DNA of 50,000 nucleotides from Chiloscyllium plagiosum (Eukaryota), in the NCBI RefSeq assembly GCF_004010195.1, contig NW_025214743.1:1-50000 (forward strand), read 5' to 3'. This document shows, in pieces, positions 48,497-50,000 of this stretch. A program made the position numbers and the translations under genes. Position 1 is the stretch's first letter. Each line of letters opens with the position of its first letter. The notes beneath the pieces are model-generated. The model was not told where the DNA came from. It saw only the letters and a list, made by a program, of their open reading frames with translations, and made no database searches.

Positions 48497-49864
48497 TCTT
48501 AGGTATTTCGATGGAACTGCAATGTGGTTGCCAAACAAACCAGATCTTTTATTATCATCTGCTAAGTGAAACATATTTTCTATCGTACCTCACACAAACA
48601 TATTCTAGATAGGCTGTTTGTTGTACAAGTAGATAGCCTGAACTTAGAAGCTTAGCTTGTTACATGTTCAATATATACTAACAACGGTGGATGGAGTTAT
48701 ATGTTACGGACAGCACATGAATACACAATGAGGTGCTCAAATAGATGACCATAAGATACACATGATGTTATGGTGCCTGCAGACTCATGGGCTTACTATT
48801 AATGAAATGTGAATTTTCCTCGGAATGTACCTCTGCCTTCCTGGGATATATCATGGAAAAAGAGCGTAAGATAAGGTCTGACCTACAGAAGATATCAAAA
48901 TGTTTTCTATTCTAATATCATTACATCATATTGATGTGGGTGTAATTGGCTAGGTCAGCATTTACTGCCCAACCTATCCTGAGAGGTTAGTTAAGAGTCA
49001 ACCATATTGCTGGAGATTTGGAGTCACGTGTAGGCCAGACTAAGTAAGGATGGGAGGTCTCTTTCTCCAAAGGGCTTTAGTGACCCAGATGGGTTTTTAT
49101 TACAACTGACAATGGTTATGTAGTGACCATTAGACTAGCTGTTCATTCAATTCAAATTTCATCAACTGCCATGGTAGAATTTGCACAAATGCCCCAGAAG
49201 ATTATCTTGGTGTCCTAGATTACTAATTTAGTAATTTTACCACTACAACACCATTGCTCATTCATTGTGGTGGGTGTTGGGCTGTGTGGGGGCCTTGGGG
49301 GCGGGCAGCGGGGTTGCATATTCAGAGGGTGTGCAAAGGGATGGGCAGGCAACCTTAGACCTTTCATGCGCCATACACAGTTGGGAGTAGGTGGAGGGTT
49401 GGGTGAAAGCACACCGAAGGACTGTTACAGCCTCTCTTGTGAGCTGGGTTTACAAAATACTTCCCATAGATCTTTATGGTTGTGGTTGTATATTATGGAT
49501 GAATGTGATGAATGCATCTGGAAGCTGCTGCTGATTGACATGCTTCACTGCACACACACTATTGCTCTGCTGTCCATAATCTACAAATCTTTCTGACAAG
49601 AGTTAACAGAGGTTTAAATTATTGGTTTCACTTTCTTCTTGCAATTGTGTTAGAATAGTTTAATGAGATGGTTTTGTTTCATAGCAACTTATTTATTATT
49701 GCTGGATTTACCCAGACATACCTTTTAAAATTAAATTTCAAAGATTTCAGTCCTTTACTATCGGATACTAGTTTGGAATGCAGACACAGAAGCTTCACCA
49801 AGGTCCCATTTTATACTTGGATCTGCCTTTGAGAAGGGCTTACACTCATCAATCATGCAATGCA

Positions 49865-50000
49865 GGGGTGGCACGGTGGCTTAGTGGTTAGCACTAGGGA
49901 CCCAGATTCGATTCCAGCCTCAGTTGACTGCCTGTGTGGAGTTTGCACATTCTCCCTGTGTCTGTGTGAGTTTTCTCCCACAGTCCAAAGATATGCAGGT
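49865..50000 (+). mobile_element. HE1-like SINE, runs off the window end
   Basis: ggggtggcacggtggcttagtggttagcact...ttcgattcc...gtgtggagtttgcacattctcc. Confidence 0.85.

Noticed and set aside
1..50000. CRISPR arrays, operons or other prokaryotic systems
   Set aside because: No regularly spaced repeats or dense coding sequence. The DNA is vertebrate intronic and intergenic.

Overview
Eukaryotic, repeat-rich vertebrate DNA, most likely a shark (inferred from HE1-type tRNA-derived SINEs and CR1/HER1-like LINEs). The only host gene I can support is the 3' part of glycophorin C (GYPC) on the + strand. It has a 63-bp exon at 21982-22044, missed by the ORF track, spliced in phase 1 across a ~14.2-kb intron to the terminal exon at 36223-36419, followed by a probable 3'UTR of up to ~2.7 kb. 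The rest is nested transposon debris: a long decayed CR1-like LINE and many fragments, SINEs, a solo LTR, a TA-flanked MITE, a decayed Buster/SPIN-type hAT transposon and Penelope-like elements (PLEs). The most striking pattern is about 14 short PLE-terminus-derived inserts from about four sequence families. They carry hammerhead ribozyme cores (intact in the younger copies) with family-specific stem II. Many are fold-back palindromes with long target-site duplications (TSDs), and their truncation or inversion points cluster at the ribozyme core. Two N gaps are present. Boundaries of decayed repeats are approximate, and no database search was run.
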